A DNA stretch of 64,000 bases from Paraspadella gotoi (taxonomy: Eukaryota; Animalia; Chaetognatha): the NCBI GenBank assembly GCA_051294375.1, contig CM119263.1, positions 29,972,099 to 30,036,098 of the forward strand, read 5' to 3'. This document shows positions 26,010 to 45,298 of this stretch, piece by piece. The notes beneath the pieces are model-generated. The model saw only the letters and a program-made list of their open reading frames with translations. It did not search any database and had not been told where the DNA came from. Position 1 is the first letter of the stretch. Each line of letters begins with the position of its first letter. A program made the position numbers and the translations under genes.

Positions 26010-29000
26010 TAAGGGCAGCGTCGAAATTTTCTATGCATCCAAGCAAACTGTTGTAAGTCGCCATCTTTGTTAGTTATGCTTTGTTTTGGAATTTTTTTTT
26101 TTAATTTTTGTTTAATTCGATTTAGTTTTTGTTTTGTTTTTTTATTTCGATTTGAACAAAAGAGAATTTGATGTATATATAACGCGTTCGGATTTGAAGT
26201 AGAAAATTAAAGTTACGGAGAAAGAAGGAGGAGGAGGAAGAGGAAGAGGAGGAGGAAGAGAAGCGATTTAGGAAGAAGAAGATAGATATTAAAAAGGAGA
26301 CGATTGCTGATGGATGCTGAGTAAGATGGTATCCGGTTCGATTCCAGATGTCGTTGAAGGCAATATAAAAAAGGCAATTTCACGTGGACGAGTGTCCAGT
26401 GTCCTCGTTTGCCAGAATCTGATAATTAGCCGATGTCATAGACTATGTCCTCGTTCGCCAATGTCTCTGATGACAAATGTCCTCGACAAGAAAATCGCAA
26501 GAGTCGCGTCCAGTTGATCGTCCGGCAGCGCCTGTTAGTTTCGTTGGCCTGCTTTATTGCCTGACGTTTGCTTCAATGAAGTCAGGCGTTGGCTCGTTTG
26601 TCGCTCAGCGTTTGAAGGCGAAATCGTCGTTGCAATCCAGTCTCGCGGTAGCAGGTGAGGGAGGGGGGAGTTCCTTAAGAGAATACTCAGTTTTTTTAGG
26701 AAATAAAAAATTGAGTATGTAAATTTTTCTATAGTATTTTATGACTCTGGAATTATCCAATTATCTGTTCTTTTATTTAATGCCAGTATTAATTTTTTTG
26801 GTTAAACTTTGAAAGAACTTTTTTTGAGTTCACAAAGTTATTACTCAAGCACTTTCTACTAGTGAATATTTATTAAAACTGACACGAAAAAAGAGATAGT
26901 CTTTCAAGTTTCCTTCTGAACCTGGAATGATTCATGAAAAGAATAATGGTCGTTAAAAAACAAAACCACGTCGTTACACATCGTAAGTTTTATATTCTTT
27001 TTCAGTTACTCTTACCTCTTAATCATTTTTTTTATATTTTTGCCTATCAGATTTTTTTGTCTTTTTTTTTTTAAACCAGAAACGATGGTCAAGATTTCCA
27101 CTACTTTTCCTTGTTTTTCTTTCTTTCTCTTTTTTTAATCTTTGACTGGTCAGACGACAATTTTTTTTTTTCTATCTCAAACACGCGATTAGGATATTTT
27201 TTCATTTATAAGACAACGATTAAAGCGAAGGAACGGATTTTTTATTTAAGGGAGAGTGATGACGGTGAAGCGATTTTTAAATGAAAACGTATGACGACTG
27301 TGATTTCGAGGGTGATACCGCAGTCTTGGGATACTCTGTCTTTTTTATGAGTGTAAAGGATTACGAGATATAAGACTTTTAAGAGTGATCAATTGAAAAT
27401 CTGAATATAATGTTTAGATTTATTCGTATTCTTGGTTGGTGGAAATTGTATTGACGGAAGATTCTAGATCGCAGAAATTATTAATCTAAACGATTCTGGA
27501 TTATTAAAAAGTCGATGGTTTTTGTTCCGGATTTTTCCTTTTTTTCTCCTTTTTTTGCTTTTGTGTGTAAGAAAGTTCCAAGTCTTAATGTGGTCGATTA
27601 GTCGCGGAGAAAACAAAAGATAGGAAAATCGATAAAATGAGAAGAAAAAAAGAAAAATATTTTTACGACTGTTTTTGTTTTTCTCTTGTTTTGTTTTTGT
27701 TTTTTTCTTTTTCTTCCCTTGACTTTTTGTTTTTTTTTCTTTTTCCGTTTTTTTTTTTAGGTTTCAAGGTTTTCCGCTTGTGCGTTGCTCATTTATTTGT
27801 TCCGTCGGCGATCGAATCTTTCGCCGTTAGAGGTCTCTCGAAAGTCGTTGTATTCGGTTTCTAGACAAAACGTTTTTTCTTTTTCTTGATGGGAGGTTTG
27901 AGTCAACGTGATTGAAGAATTGCAAGTGCGCCCTTGGAATTCTGGTCAAGGATGAGAAAAGACAGAAGGTGATAAAAAAATCGTTTTTATGTCCTAAAAT
28001 AGTTTGTTTTCTGTTTAAACTCTTACAATAAACATTTTAAATTAACTTTTGCTTCTAAGAAATCGTTCGACTGTATGTTTAACTTTAAAGTCATTCAAAA
28101 TTTTAAACATTCGTATACACGTTACTACATTAATGATACATTAATATTACAGTGTCCAAATTCAGAAGCAAGATAGCTTATTTATTTATTTATTGAATTT
28201 ATTTATTGATACCTTTTATATTCTAAAAATAATTAGTACAATTTTCTAATACAGAAAGAGGATTTACTTACAGAATGTTGCCATTTATATATCGCGCAGA
28301 TTCTTGTATTTAGTAACAATTTTGACGTTTCAATTCAGTTACAACTTTTTATTTGCTCGATTGAGTTAGAAAAACGTTAGAAACGAAGCCGAATGCACAC
28401 TTTTTTTTTGTTTAGTAGTAAGTGTTTTTATTAATTTTTTTCCCATCAGTTGTTTTTTTTTTTTTAAGTTCTTGAAACTTGGTTGTGACACGAAAAAAAA
28501 ACAAGCGCCGCTAGATGGATTTGGGGGGAAAAAAGAGACTTGAATGGCTTCATGAGCGAATCGAGTCTTTATGGTGCAAAACAAAATAATCTGGAGGAGA
28601 AATCGAGGGTCAAATATCAAAATTGGGCGGAAGTGGAAACGACGACGATTATGACGACGATGAGAACGACGACGATGTCGATGTTGGCAGAATATTTTCA
28701 CTACGACGATGACAACTCAAATAACTAATTGATACTGACAGGGGCATCATAGACGAGAGCGATGATGTTAATGACAATGATGGAGTATGATGATGATAAT
28801 AACAATGATAGCGGTAGCTGACCAAATTCAAATTTTAATGGGAACAGCATTAACTAATCCATTATTGGTATTAATTATTGTATTAAATATTTTTTTTGCA
28901 AAAATATTCCGAACCATGAGTAATTCGCTAATTAATATTGCTATATATTGCTATAATATTGCTATATTGCTATATAATGTTTTTTAATTGATTCTGATAG

Positions 29001-30744
29001 AGCTTAAAAAGTTAACCAAAAAATATAATTACAACTTTTTAAAATTTTGATGTTTTATTACTTAAAATTAGTAAAAACTGCTAAAATCATCGGATGATGA
29101 TGATGATGATTATCATCAAAATATTGAGAAAAAAATTTTATAAGCTATCTGAATCTGCTTTTAAAAATAAAAAAAATTTAAAAAAAATTTTGGACATTTC
29201 CTATCTATAAATAAATATTAAAAAATTAATTACTAATGCTTCTAGCCATTTTAGAAAATTTTGGTCCATTGAAAGTTTTCTCAGAAATGTATGAAGTTTC
29301 ATTTGGAAAGGTTCCCAAATCAAACTTCTGACCCACCCAATTGACAAAGTTTGGCTCTAACAATGATGGAGAACAATGACAAGTATGATGATGATAATGA
29401 CAATGATGGAGAACGATGACGAGTGCGATGATGATGATGACAATGATGGAGAACGATGTCAAGTACGATGATGATAATGACAATGAGGGAGAGCGAAGAC
29501 GAGTACGATGATGACAATGACAAATGATGATGATGCCAACAATGAATGACGATGATAGTGACGTTGACTATGACAATGAGATTTATAAAAAGCCAAGACG
29601 AAGAAGAAAAAAAAAACTTGGAAGAAAATGAGCGCAGGTTTAATACTTGACCTAATTTTAAAATAAATTACAGTCGGTTCTATGCAAAGACCCGGAGACA
29701 TTAATTTCAAACTTTAATTGTTAAGGAACGAAAACATTAAACAAGAGTTTATGATACGTGGAATACGACGACATCGATGAAGGAAGGGAACGATAAGACG
29801 ATGACGACGATGACGGCGACGATGACGACGACGATGACGACGATGACGATGTTGAAGACCATGACAGTAGGATGAGGAAGATGATCATAACGAAAGAACA
29901 TGAACAAACATGAGATGATCCAAAAACGAAAACCCCAAGGAAGGACGCCAAAAATGGAGGCGCAGACGATGGGGGGAAACATTTTATAAAATTTTATCAA
30001 ATACATACATGATATTAATAATACTTAAAATTAATTTTAAATTATTACAATAATAGATATTTTTTACAAATATATATACATTTTTTTTTGTTGAGATGAG
30101 CTCAAACTAACAAATAATAAAACGAATAAAATATTTAAAATTAAATTATTTAAATTGAAACATTAAATATAGCTGATAGATCCAGTAGTAACTGTATCAT
30201 CAACATATTTCAGAATAATTAGTAAAGTGACATGTTACATTTTCATCATTTTTATACTTAATTCTTATATTTTTTAAACTAATAATATTTTGTATTTATT
30301 ATTATTATTAATTATATTATACATTTTAAGATAAATGTTTAACCGAAAAAATTATATTACTATAATATGCAAATAAGATTAAAAGACTATATAATTAAAA
30401 TTAATTTAAATTCTATTCGTTCATAAAATCAAATGGTATTTAAAACATCTTACCTTTAACCTTCCGTCAGCGTCTGATCCAACGCCCCCCTCCACACACA
30501 AAATAAAAGAAAAAAAAAGAAAACGGGAAGCGGCGGAGTTATAAGAACTTAATGGAAAGTTATAGAAAGTTGGATAACGGAATCGGACATGGAAAGTCAT
30601 GGGTAAGTCGCGGGTAAGTCAGTCGGCGGCTGAGACCCAAGCCACTAGAGGGACCAAGTAGTTTTTTTCCTTTTTTCCGCATCTTAAATCTCGAATCTGG
30701 ATATGAGTTTGAACTCTGGAGATTGGGAAAACGGTTACGAGAAT

Positions 30745-30788
<44 letters not shown>

Positions 30789-30811
30789 CCTTTCCTTCTT
30801 TTTCCCTCTTC

Positions 30812-30863
<52 letters not shown>

Positions 30864-31346
30864 CTAAAAAGAAAGAACAATAAATGAAATATTTATGGTC
30901 ATAAAATTCAAATGATTTCGTTGTTAATTTTTTTTTAAATCAGGAGCATTGTGGAGTATCCATTTTACTATAAATTGGTACAACCAATATAAAAATTATC
31001 CATTCATTTAATAAATAAGCTATCTTGCCCCTGACTTAGGATATTTGTTAACTAATTTTATAGCTAGTTGAGGGAATTATTTTGATTTAATCTATATACC
31101 ATGAATTTCAATAAAGAATTTTTTTGTTAGCGAAAACTGTACCGGAACGTAAAAAAAATATTGGTGCATCGTAATTAACCCACTAACTTAAATAAACTAA
31201 TTTTAAATTTAGGCCAAAGTTCTTAGACTTAAAGGATGTGGTGGCCAAATCGAGAGAAATAACAAAGACGAACGGCTTAACGTCAAGAAATGGCCAGTAC
31301 AACTTGGCACCCACCGCTCGTTATGTTTTTACGATTAGGGTGTTTT

Positions 31347-31436
<90 letters not shown>

Positions 31437-31600
31437 ACTCTCTCCTTTAAAGGGCAAAAATTATACTAAATCTACTTTTTTCCTTCTTTTTATCGGATCA
31501 AATGGTACGTGAGGAAAGGAAATAAAAAGATTTAAAAATAAGAAATAAATAAAAAAATGAATAAAAAATTCTACTTTAAACTCAAGAAAAAACCTTAAGT

Positions 31601-31676
<76 letters not shown>

Positions 31677-32917
31677 TTCCCCCATCCCGCGACGAGCAGA
31701 TTTTTAAGATGTTTATTTCTAAGAATTCCCTCCCCCCCACCGTACGAGGCTTTGAATCGTGGTCCGCGGAACGAAAGCGACCGCGGCTCGGTTGTCCAAT
31801 GTTCCAGTCTGGAAGTCTGAAAAAAATTCCCTACCCCTAAGTCAATTTAACTATTCTTTCAAATAAAATAACCAAGTTCCACTGGAGGGTATCGTCTGTT
31901 TGTTTAATAATCAGTTATATTCACAACAAAAATAAATAAAATATTTATATCCTCACTTCCTTCCAGTAAAATAAAAAAAATAATAACAAAAACTCTAAAC
32001 TTTTCGCTTTCCGCTCATAAAGTCGGACTTTGAATTACGTCGTTGTCATTCAAGACTCATGACAAGTGTCATGTACGACAAAAAATTCTCTCAAGGAACA
32101 ATAAACTGTTAAAAAATAAGGGGAGGAGGAGGAGGAGGAGGAGGAGAAAGGGAAAGAAAAATCTTTCTTCTCCCTCTCCCCCTCTTCCTCTTCCTCCTCC
32201 TCCCCTTTCCTTCGGATTTTTTATCCAAAAAATTCTTTTGTCACCTTTTGACCTTAAACTTATGAGTCTGAGAGAGAAAAGAAAAAGTGCGTTCGAAAAA
32301 AGACTTTCGAGGTCACGACACTGTTTTCCGAAAGCGCTCAAATTTTGTTCCTAATTCCTAACCCAAAAACTTTTCAATAACCAAATCTTAATCTGAATCC
32401 CTAAACTTGCTACTTAATTTACCTAATCTTTCACCCAAAACCATTAAAGAAATTGGAAAAAAAATTACCAATTATAATAATATTGCCCCTGATTTGCAGG
32501 CTGTTTAACATCACTCACAGATATGCAAGCGGTCCTGAGCTTAATCCACTTAGTACTATTACAAGACTCTAACCTAACTCTATCTCATTCTCTAACCAAA
32601 ATTTTAAGCCCAAATGCTCATTCTTAATCAAATCTATTATGAGATCCTTTGCTAAACCCTTAACCCAAATCCATAACTTTAGGTTAGTAGAATGACTTGA
32701 TGCTCAAAACTAATAACTATTTTATATTAGTTGTACCAATTTCATATTGATAACTTTCCAAGACCGAATGTTACAATTCCCAACAAGATTTGTTTAGTGC
32801 TGAATTTACTACAGAAACTAAATTTTTACATCTTTACCAATATTTTTATAGCTTTTAAGCTTATAAAAAGCCTCGTGGGAAAAAAGTGGCGTTAAAGTAA
32901 AATTTTAAACTTTTGAA

Positions 32918-32999
<82 letters not shown>

Positions 33000-33713
33000 A
33001 GGTGTTGCATGGAATATTGTTTAAGTTGGTCTAAAATAGTATAAATATTTGAACTACGTCTTTGATTCATATCCAAAATTTATTTTAATTCAATCAAAAC
33101 TGCTGAGAAGTTAGCTAAAACGTATCAAAATAACAAATGAAGTCAAGCTTTACCCTAAAATAGTTAATAAAATAACGTATATAAAAATTACCGATGAAAA
33201 CAAGCTATTTAACTTTAAAAATCAGACAACTGTTTAAACAATAAGAACCAAGCAAATTAATCCAATCGAATAATTACGAGTACATCGAAAACACAAAATG
33301 ATATCATAAGTAACATTTCAATAAATAACTATTCACTAATGTTAAGGTTCTAAATTAATTTAGTTTCATATTCACATTCGTTTGTTTTATACAAAGACAT
33401 CTAAAGAAATGAACTCGCTAATCAGACATAGGAACGTCCAGAGGTCAGAATTATTAGCGGAATAATTTAATCTAATCTAAAACAGAATTTAATCCAAATT
33501 AAATCAAAAATTTACAATTCATTCGTTTTTTTTTTCCTCCTCGCTTTGTGACCGTCGTCGTCGTCATTTTCGTCATTCTTTTGTCATCATTCTCTTCTTT
33601 GTCAGCGAGGATGTCATTTCTTTTTGATGCGTCTGTCTCGTCGTTATTGTTGTTGTTGTTTATTTGATTCTCTGTTGATGTCGTAATTGCTTCAGCTGTC
33701 GTTGTCGTGTCGT

Positions 33714-33765
<52 letters not shown>

Positions 33766-34020
33766 GGGGAAATTTGAAATTCTAACGAGAGGCGTCGTCG
33801 TCTTCGTCGTCGTCGTCTTTTAGACGGGGTGATTCATCCGAAAAAGGAATTGGAGATTTCAACATTGGAGGTAAGACGAGGATGAAGACGAAGATGATAA
33901 CGACGAATAAGACGATGACGACGACGATAACAACGACGAAGACGACTAAAAATACCATGACGATGACGACGAATACGTTGAAAAATGAAATGGATTTGAC
34001 GATAGTGATGAAGATGACGA

Positions 34021-34072
<52 letters not shown>

Positions 34073-34235
34073 GAAGACATTGATAACGATGAATAAGACG
34101 ATGACGACGAAGAAAATGAAATGGATTTGACGATGATGATAATGATGATGATGACGATCATGATGATAAATATGACGATCATGATGATAAAGATGACGAT
34201 AAGGATGATAATGATGATGACCACGATGATAATGA

Positions 34236-38675
<4,440 letters not shown>

Positions 38676-39474
38676 TCTTNNNNNNNNNNNNNNNNNNNNN
38701 NNNNCAAAATAAGGCCGACATTTGATGTGAAGGATAAAATTTGAAAATTTTTAGACAAGAGTAACTGTAACTCTGAACATAGTTTTATATTTGCATTTAA
38801 CATTTATTTATGAGTCACTTTTTGGTTTTGTATTTAATGCTTTTATTTGAGCGTAATATGTTTAAATACATTAGTTTTTTTTCGAAAAACGATATATATG
38901 TATTAGGCTCAATATTTGTTTTTTATAATGAAATTAGTTAAACAATGACCTAATTTAGATGCAAAAAAGGAGAGCTAAAAATTAAATTCCTAAGCTATGT
39001 ATGCATTTTTTCTAATTTTTTTTCTCTCCCATAATCCATTTAGTTGTATTGTTATTACTTGGTGTTACACGGTAATTTTATGTTACAGGTTAAAGTCGGA
39101 AACCATGGGAACGCTTTTATATGTCTGTTGATTGTTTCATTACCGAATTGTTAGGCCGTCAAGTTAATTATTAGCAACTAGCAAGACTTTGATAATTATT
39201 TTAAAGAACATGCCAAACTAGAAGATTTTAAATTTTGTCTTCATCTATGTGTATTTGTATACACAACATTTAACATGTTCACAGAAAGGCAAGTGGAATA
39301 AGAATTTGTGAACTATGGAGTAATTTTTCAATCGGAATTCGGTTTGTGGCAAGCTTTTTCGGGTTCCAAACAACAAGACACTACATACGACTAAGTCTAA
39401 TTATTGAGAAATAATCAAGTAGTAAGTATTAATGTTGAATAAGTCGAATTAATTAAGTTTTAGACAAAAAAACA

Positions 39475-40779
39475 TCAAATCCATTGGTTGACTTCTTTTG
39501 TTTGGCGTGAGCCTCCTTCCGCTCACCGATCGCCATCGTTCCCGCCTTTTATCGCACATTAACTTTTTATCGCGTTGACAAGTAGAGGTCGTCTTACCTG
39601 CGAAATGAAAAAACAAAAAGGGCATCGGGGATGAAGTTATGTAGATGATAATAAATTGCGTACTTTGATTAAGTAAATAAATGGTAAATTTAATGATATA
39701 TACAGAAATCTTCTTTTTTTTATGAAACCTGAAGAGATTTCTTTTTCTATTTCTTTAAAAACATTCACCCCAAAATTGCTCGATAAAATTCTTATTCGCA
39801 AAGAGTTGACATTATTTTCGTATTGTTTTTCATCAACTGAAACCTGATAAGGCCGTAATTTTTGTTCTTGTTGGTAAGTGGTGCTTGAGTATGGCTGGGT
39901 AGTTTTTGGAAGTGGGTTGTTTTTTGGTGGCCGCACCTGAGAAAACGGAGACACATCAAAAATAACTACAACTGTAAATTTGTACAAGTTTTTGTATATA
40001 TAAATTGTTCAGATGTATGTGACTAAATTTACTAGTAAAAGTAAAAACGCTTAATAATCGCGCGAACAAGAATAAGTCATCCATTTTATTTTAAAGGGAA
40101 ATAAAAGATAGTGAGTTTTGAAGTTGCATGCCGCTCGAGTTAATTTTTTCCCGCTTATTATCGAAATCCGTTCATCTGATAATTGTCTCAAATTTCAAAT
40201 TTTTTTTTGTGGGTGATTGATTAGGAACTTTATCATGTCGTACCTTTAAATTGTTACAAACATTACTTGTTTTTAAATTTGCGTTTAGAAATTGAAGAAA
40301 AAATGTTTAATTACAATTGATTAGAATTGTGTTAAAAAAGCGCTGGATTTTAGTGGTCGTTCAAAAAATTAACTTAGGTTAATATACTTTTTAAGCAAAA
40401 TGATCATAAATTCTACACCATGTGTACGATATTTTGCACACACGCAGTTAAGCGTGCAACTTTATAAAATGAATTTAAAGTATTTTTTCTCACCATTCAG
40501 GGTTCTGAATAACGGTGTGCGAGAAGACTTATGAAAATTGTACTTGATTTTTGAAGTAAGGAAAAATTAAAGGTTTTTTTGTCGCGGCGAATCTATTACG
40601 ATTCATGAGACAATTTTTCGTTTTTGCGTTTTTCTATCTTACAAAAATTTAGTTTAGAAAAAGTTTGAAATTTTGTTCGTTCAACGAATTTATTTATATA
40701 CGGACATTGTTTCGACTCTTTGTTGTCGAGTTCTCATCAGCGTTTACAGTTTTGAAGTAAGTTTACAATTGCCAGAAGA

Positions 40780-40841
<62 letters not shown>

Positions 40842-43800
40842 AGAGAAGAAATAGAGTTAAAATGAATTACTTGCCACATAATCTTTTTAAAAGTTAGTTT
40901 CAAATCCATGAATTAGTTTAATGAGAACTAAATCAGATATTCAACTTTTTTGTTATTTTAATATCCAAATAACAATGCGAAAATAAGTTTGACTTTTTTT
41001 AGTTTTATAAACAGTTTTTAAATAAACAATTTGATTATTTTAAAGAATGAAATAATACGGGCCATAACTTTGAAACACTTGGATGACTTTTATTGGCTTT
41101 CAGCTCCTTTCTTATATCTTCCATTAAAAAGCCAAAAATTTGAGAAGAATCACTTCATCCCATCAAATTGCTTGTTTCTATTTATCAGCGTGAAAAGTGT
41201 TGTCCATTTTCTCTGGCAATATTTCAGGGGAGGGCCAAAAAAAACTTGCTAGGTTTTGTTTCTGACAACCCTTTTTAGTTTAAAGCTAAGCGGCACTGAC
41301 CGAGTTTGAGTATAAATCGAATATCCCTATTTAGTTCAGAATCGCCAAGTGCTACAATGAAAAATAGTTTTTATAAAAACTACGTAAACAGTATGAGCTT
41401 TATTAATGAATTGGTACAACCAATATAAAAAATTGATCCAGTCATTTAAATAAATAAGCCTATCAATGAATTAAATTAACATTTAATAACGTTTTTATTG
41501 CAAGTTTTGTAATTTTTTTTCCAAGAGTGCATAATCTCAGACTTAAGCAGGGGCAACCTATATAAGTATATAAGCCCAAATATTCCGAGTCGCGTGTTTC
41601 AAGTGAAGGGAAATCCAAATTAGCTTCCATTTATGTCAATATATATTACCAGCTCCGCATTAAACCGTAATGAAAATTCTAAATCAAATACTGGTATAAT
41701 CAATTTTTTTTTTTTTGTTAAAATTAATCTGGTTTACAATTTTTTACATTTTAAAAATAATTATTCATAACATATATAACTGTATAATTATGCATAAAAA
41801 TTAAAAATAAAAATAATAATTTTTTAAATAATACATCATTTACTGGGATCATTAGCATTTTGATAAGCATTTTTCACTACGTGCATCCTTTAGCTGAAAT
41901 CCCCTACTGCATCCTCTCTAGCTGCAATTCCTTGGCTGCATCCCCGCGCTTTACCTTCGGCTGCCGATCTCTGATCAGATTGACGAGTCCTGCATCTCGC
42001 GCGCCTGAGACCTGTTTCGTCATCTGGAAAGCTCAAAGCGGGAAGAGCCAGCTTCGTCGCCCATCTTCCGTCAATTCGCCGAGTTTCTTGATTCGTGCTC
42101 CTGTTGGCAGAGAGGTAATAAATACATAATAATAAGTAATAAATAATATAAATAAATAAATAAATAAATTATTATTAATTATTCAATCAATGAATGAGTT
42201 TGATTAACAATGAAGGAATGGAAGAAGGAAAGAATAAATCAATTAATGATTGGTATATTTGAACTATTATTGAATGAATGATGAATGAATGAATGAATGA
42301 ATGATGATGAACAATGAATGTATGAAATGATGAATGAATGAATGAATGAATGATGATGGAATGAATGAATGAATGGAATCAGGATGAATGATGAACATCC
42401 TGGACCTGTCTCTCATCCTCCTTGTCGCAGCCACTTGCGCAGCCAGGCCAAGACTTTCGCGCGAATCTCCGGCGTGGCGAGATCCACGACTTCGTTTGTC
42501 TCCTCCTCTCTGCAACCACGACTCTTTCCGCCTTCTTCTCTCGCAGAGCTGGGCGCCCCCGGTATTCTCGAACAGCGTTTCCCTTAAGTGCCCGCCAAGC
42601 ATGCCCCCAGCTCGATGACATGCGGAAGGTTTCTACTATTAATGATATGATATAATGATGCGACTGGGGAAAGGCGTTTTACCTTACCTTAATTAATGAT
42701 CGATAATGATATATGAATAAACTGATAATAATGATGCAATCTGGGGGAAGGGTTTTACATTACTTAATTAATGATCGATAAATATAATGATAATGATAGA
42801 TAATGATGCACCTGGGGAAAGGGTTTTACCATTACTTAATTAATTCGTGATAATGAAATGATAATGATAATAGATGATGCGATCTGCCACCGGGGAAAGG
42901 GTTTAACATTTCTTATTAATGATTTAATGATGAATAATAATGATAATAATGATGCGACTGGGGAAAGGTTTACATTACTTAATTAATGGTAGGGGGGCGG
43001 GGTGGGGGGGGGGCGGTAATGATAATGATAATGATAATAATGATAGTGACTGGGGAAAGGGTTTACATTACTAAGTAATGACGATAATGATAATGATAGA
43101 TATAATGATGGACTGGAAAGCGTTTACATTACTTAATTAATGATGATAATGATAATAATGATGAATGAATAAAAAATTTTAAATATATTCGTATTAAATT
43201 TGTTTTACAAATATGAAAAAGACTCCCTACCAGGAGTTGTATTGTTAACTTTTTGCGATAAAAAGCATTGAGATGATCGAATTAAAAAGTAAATAAAATT
43301 AATAGAATTTGAAGTAATAGAATTCTTTCCATTCAGTTCTAACTTCAAATCCGATTATTATTCCGACTCATATACGCAAAAAATAATTTGGTCAACTACT
43401 TACTTCCGGATACCAAACACCCTATAACAACTTGTCAAATTAGTTTGCAAAGAGGGAAAAGTTCATCCGAATTCGGTCGAAATAAAATGTCATTCGTTTT
43501 TTTATTAACGAATGATAAATGGATCTTGGTCAGACAAACCTGGGCTGAAGATGCTCCCTCTTTGACGGGAGACGGGTTGCTCCCAAGAATTAATTCTTTT
43601 ATTCTTACGATTTTCTTACGAACTGTCAATTTGTTTAAATTAATTTAAAATATTTATTTACAAACCAATATAATTAGGAAAAAAATTAGAAAATAAATTT
43701 AAAAAAAAATAATACAATTAAAAAAAAATTAAAATTAACCAGAATTTAAAAATTTATATTACGATTGATTTTAAAGATATATATTATATAGTATAGCGGA

Positions 43801-45298
43801 GTAACACAATAAGTCACTTTGAAGTGTGGAGTCGAGATGACCCTCTATGTCTACGTATATGTTCCACTAAATATCTGACTGGTGCTAAATCAAGTGTTAT
43901 ATTTTGTGCTTGGGAATTAATGAAAATAAATAATAATTTAAAATTTAAAAAAAGACATTATATGCAAAAGCGCTCGGAAACGAGGCTTACAAAAAAAAAA
44001 CAAAAATGATCAGTACGAGAGTTTTTCTCGTTTCTCACTCACTTTTCTGTCTGTCCTCCGCCGAGTCCGCACGGTTCCCGCCTCCTCTTCGCCTTCCGCG
44101 TCGGCAGCGACGGCAGCGTCGGCAGCGTCGGCAGCCTCACGAGCGTCGGCACCTTCGCCGACCTCGGCCTCGGCGCCTCTCCGCCTTCCGCCTTTTCCTC
44201 CTCCTCTTCCTCCTCTTCCTCTTCGCTCAAGTCTCCCTCTAGTCTCGCAATTCGGCCGTCTTCTTGGCGATGTCTTTGAAGCTTCTGATTGGTTCGGACG
44301 GTCGAATGATGGCGTCGTAGTCGACTTTTTCTTTGCCTTCCTCCCGAGCCAAAATTTTTTGAGGTTTTCTAAGGTGTCCTTTTTGGGCTTGGTTTGCCCC
44401 TTGACTCCTTTGGCCTGTTCCTGGCCGGCCGCGAGCCGGAGGCGGTTTCTTCTTCTTCTTTTTCTTCTTTTGACGGCGGCCGATTGGCGCCGTATTGGGC
44501 CCTCAGCTCTCCAGGGACCATTTCGGTCTGTGGAGGAAGGAGAGGAGTTGAGGAGAGAGGAAGAGAAGAGGGAAGAGGAAAGGAGAGAGGAGAGAGGAAG
44601 GGGAAGGGAGAAAGGAAGGGAAGCGGAGAAAGGAAGGTAAGAGAGTAGAGAGAACGGGAAGAGATAAAGAGGAGTAAAAGAGAGAGAAAGAGAGAGAAGA
44701 GAAAGAGAGAGAAGAGAAGAGATGAAAAGGGAGAAAGAGAGAAGCGAGAGGGAAGAGGGGAGGGGAGAAAGGAGAGGAGAAGGGAAAAGGAAGGGATGAA
44801 AGGAAGAGGAAGATGGCAAAGTATAGTGGTAGCCCTTCTATATATCCCTTGAGCATCATAACACAACTCCCCCTGAATCTTAATTCCATTTTCAAAGCCA
44901 ATGCCTTCCTCCCAAATACCAGATTCAAAATCAGTACTCCCAAATGCCCTATATAAAGTCAATGCTCCACTTCACCAAATGCTCTATTCAAAATTAATAC
45001 TCCACGTAAAATCATAATGCAAAACCCTGCAAATTCACTATTCAAATCTAAGCCCCCTCGCCCAAATGCCCTATTCAAATCAATACTCCCAGTAAAATCA
45101 AAATACAAAACCCCGCAAATGCCCCTATTCAAAGTCAATGCCCCTCGCCCAAATGCTCTATTCAAATCATACTCCATGTAAATCATAATCAAACAAGGCA
45201 AAGCCCTATTCAAAGTCATGCCCCCCATTACCAGAATCCATTCAAAGTCAATACTTCCCTATAGTTTTCGTCGTCTCCCGATTCCTCCTCCTTTTCAT
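39475..45298 (-). pseudogene. Indel-riddled second copy of the Lys/Glu-rich gene (probably an artefact)
   Basis: Colinear with 20175-26009, with many 1-nt indels. Confidence 0.55.

Noticed and set aside
26464-26503. CTGATGA...GAAA hammerhead-like motif
   Set aside because: Stem II does not abut the core and there is no UH cleavage site in the right place.
33782-34224. His/Ile-rich 169-aa ORF (also 52641-53153)
   Set aside because: It is a (GAT/GAC)n low-complexity stretch in the ferlin 3' UTR.
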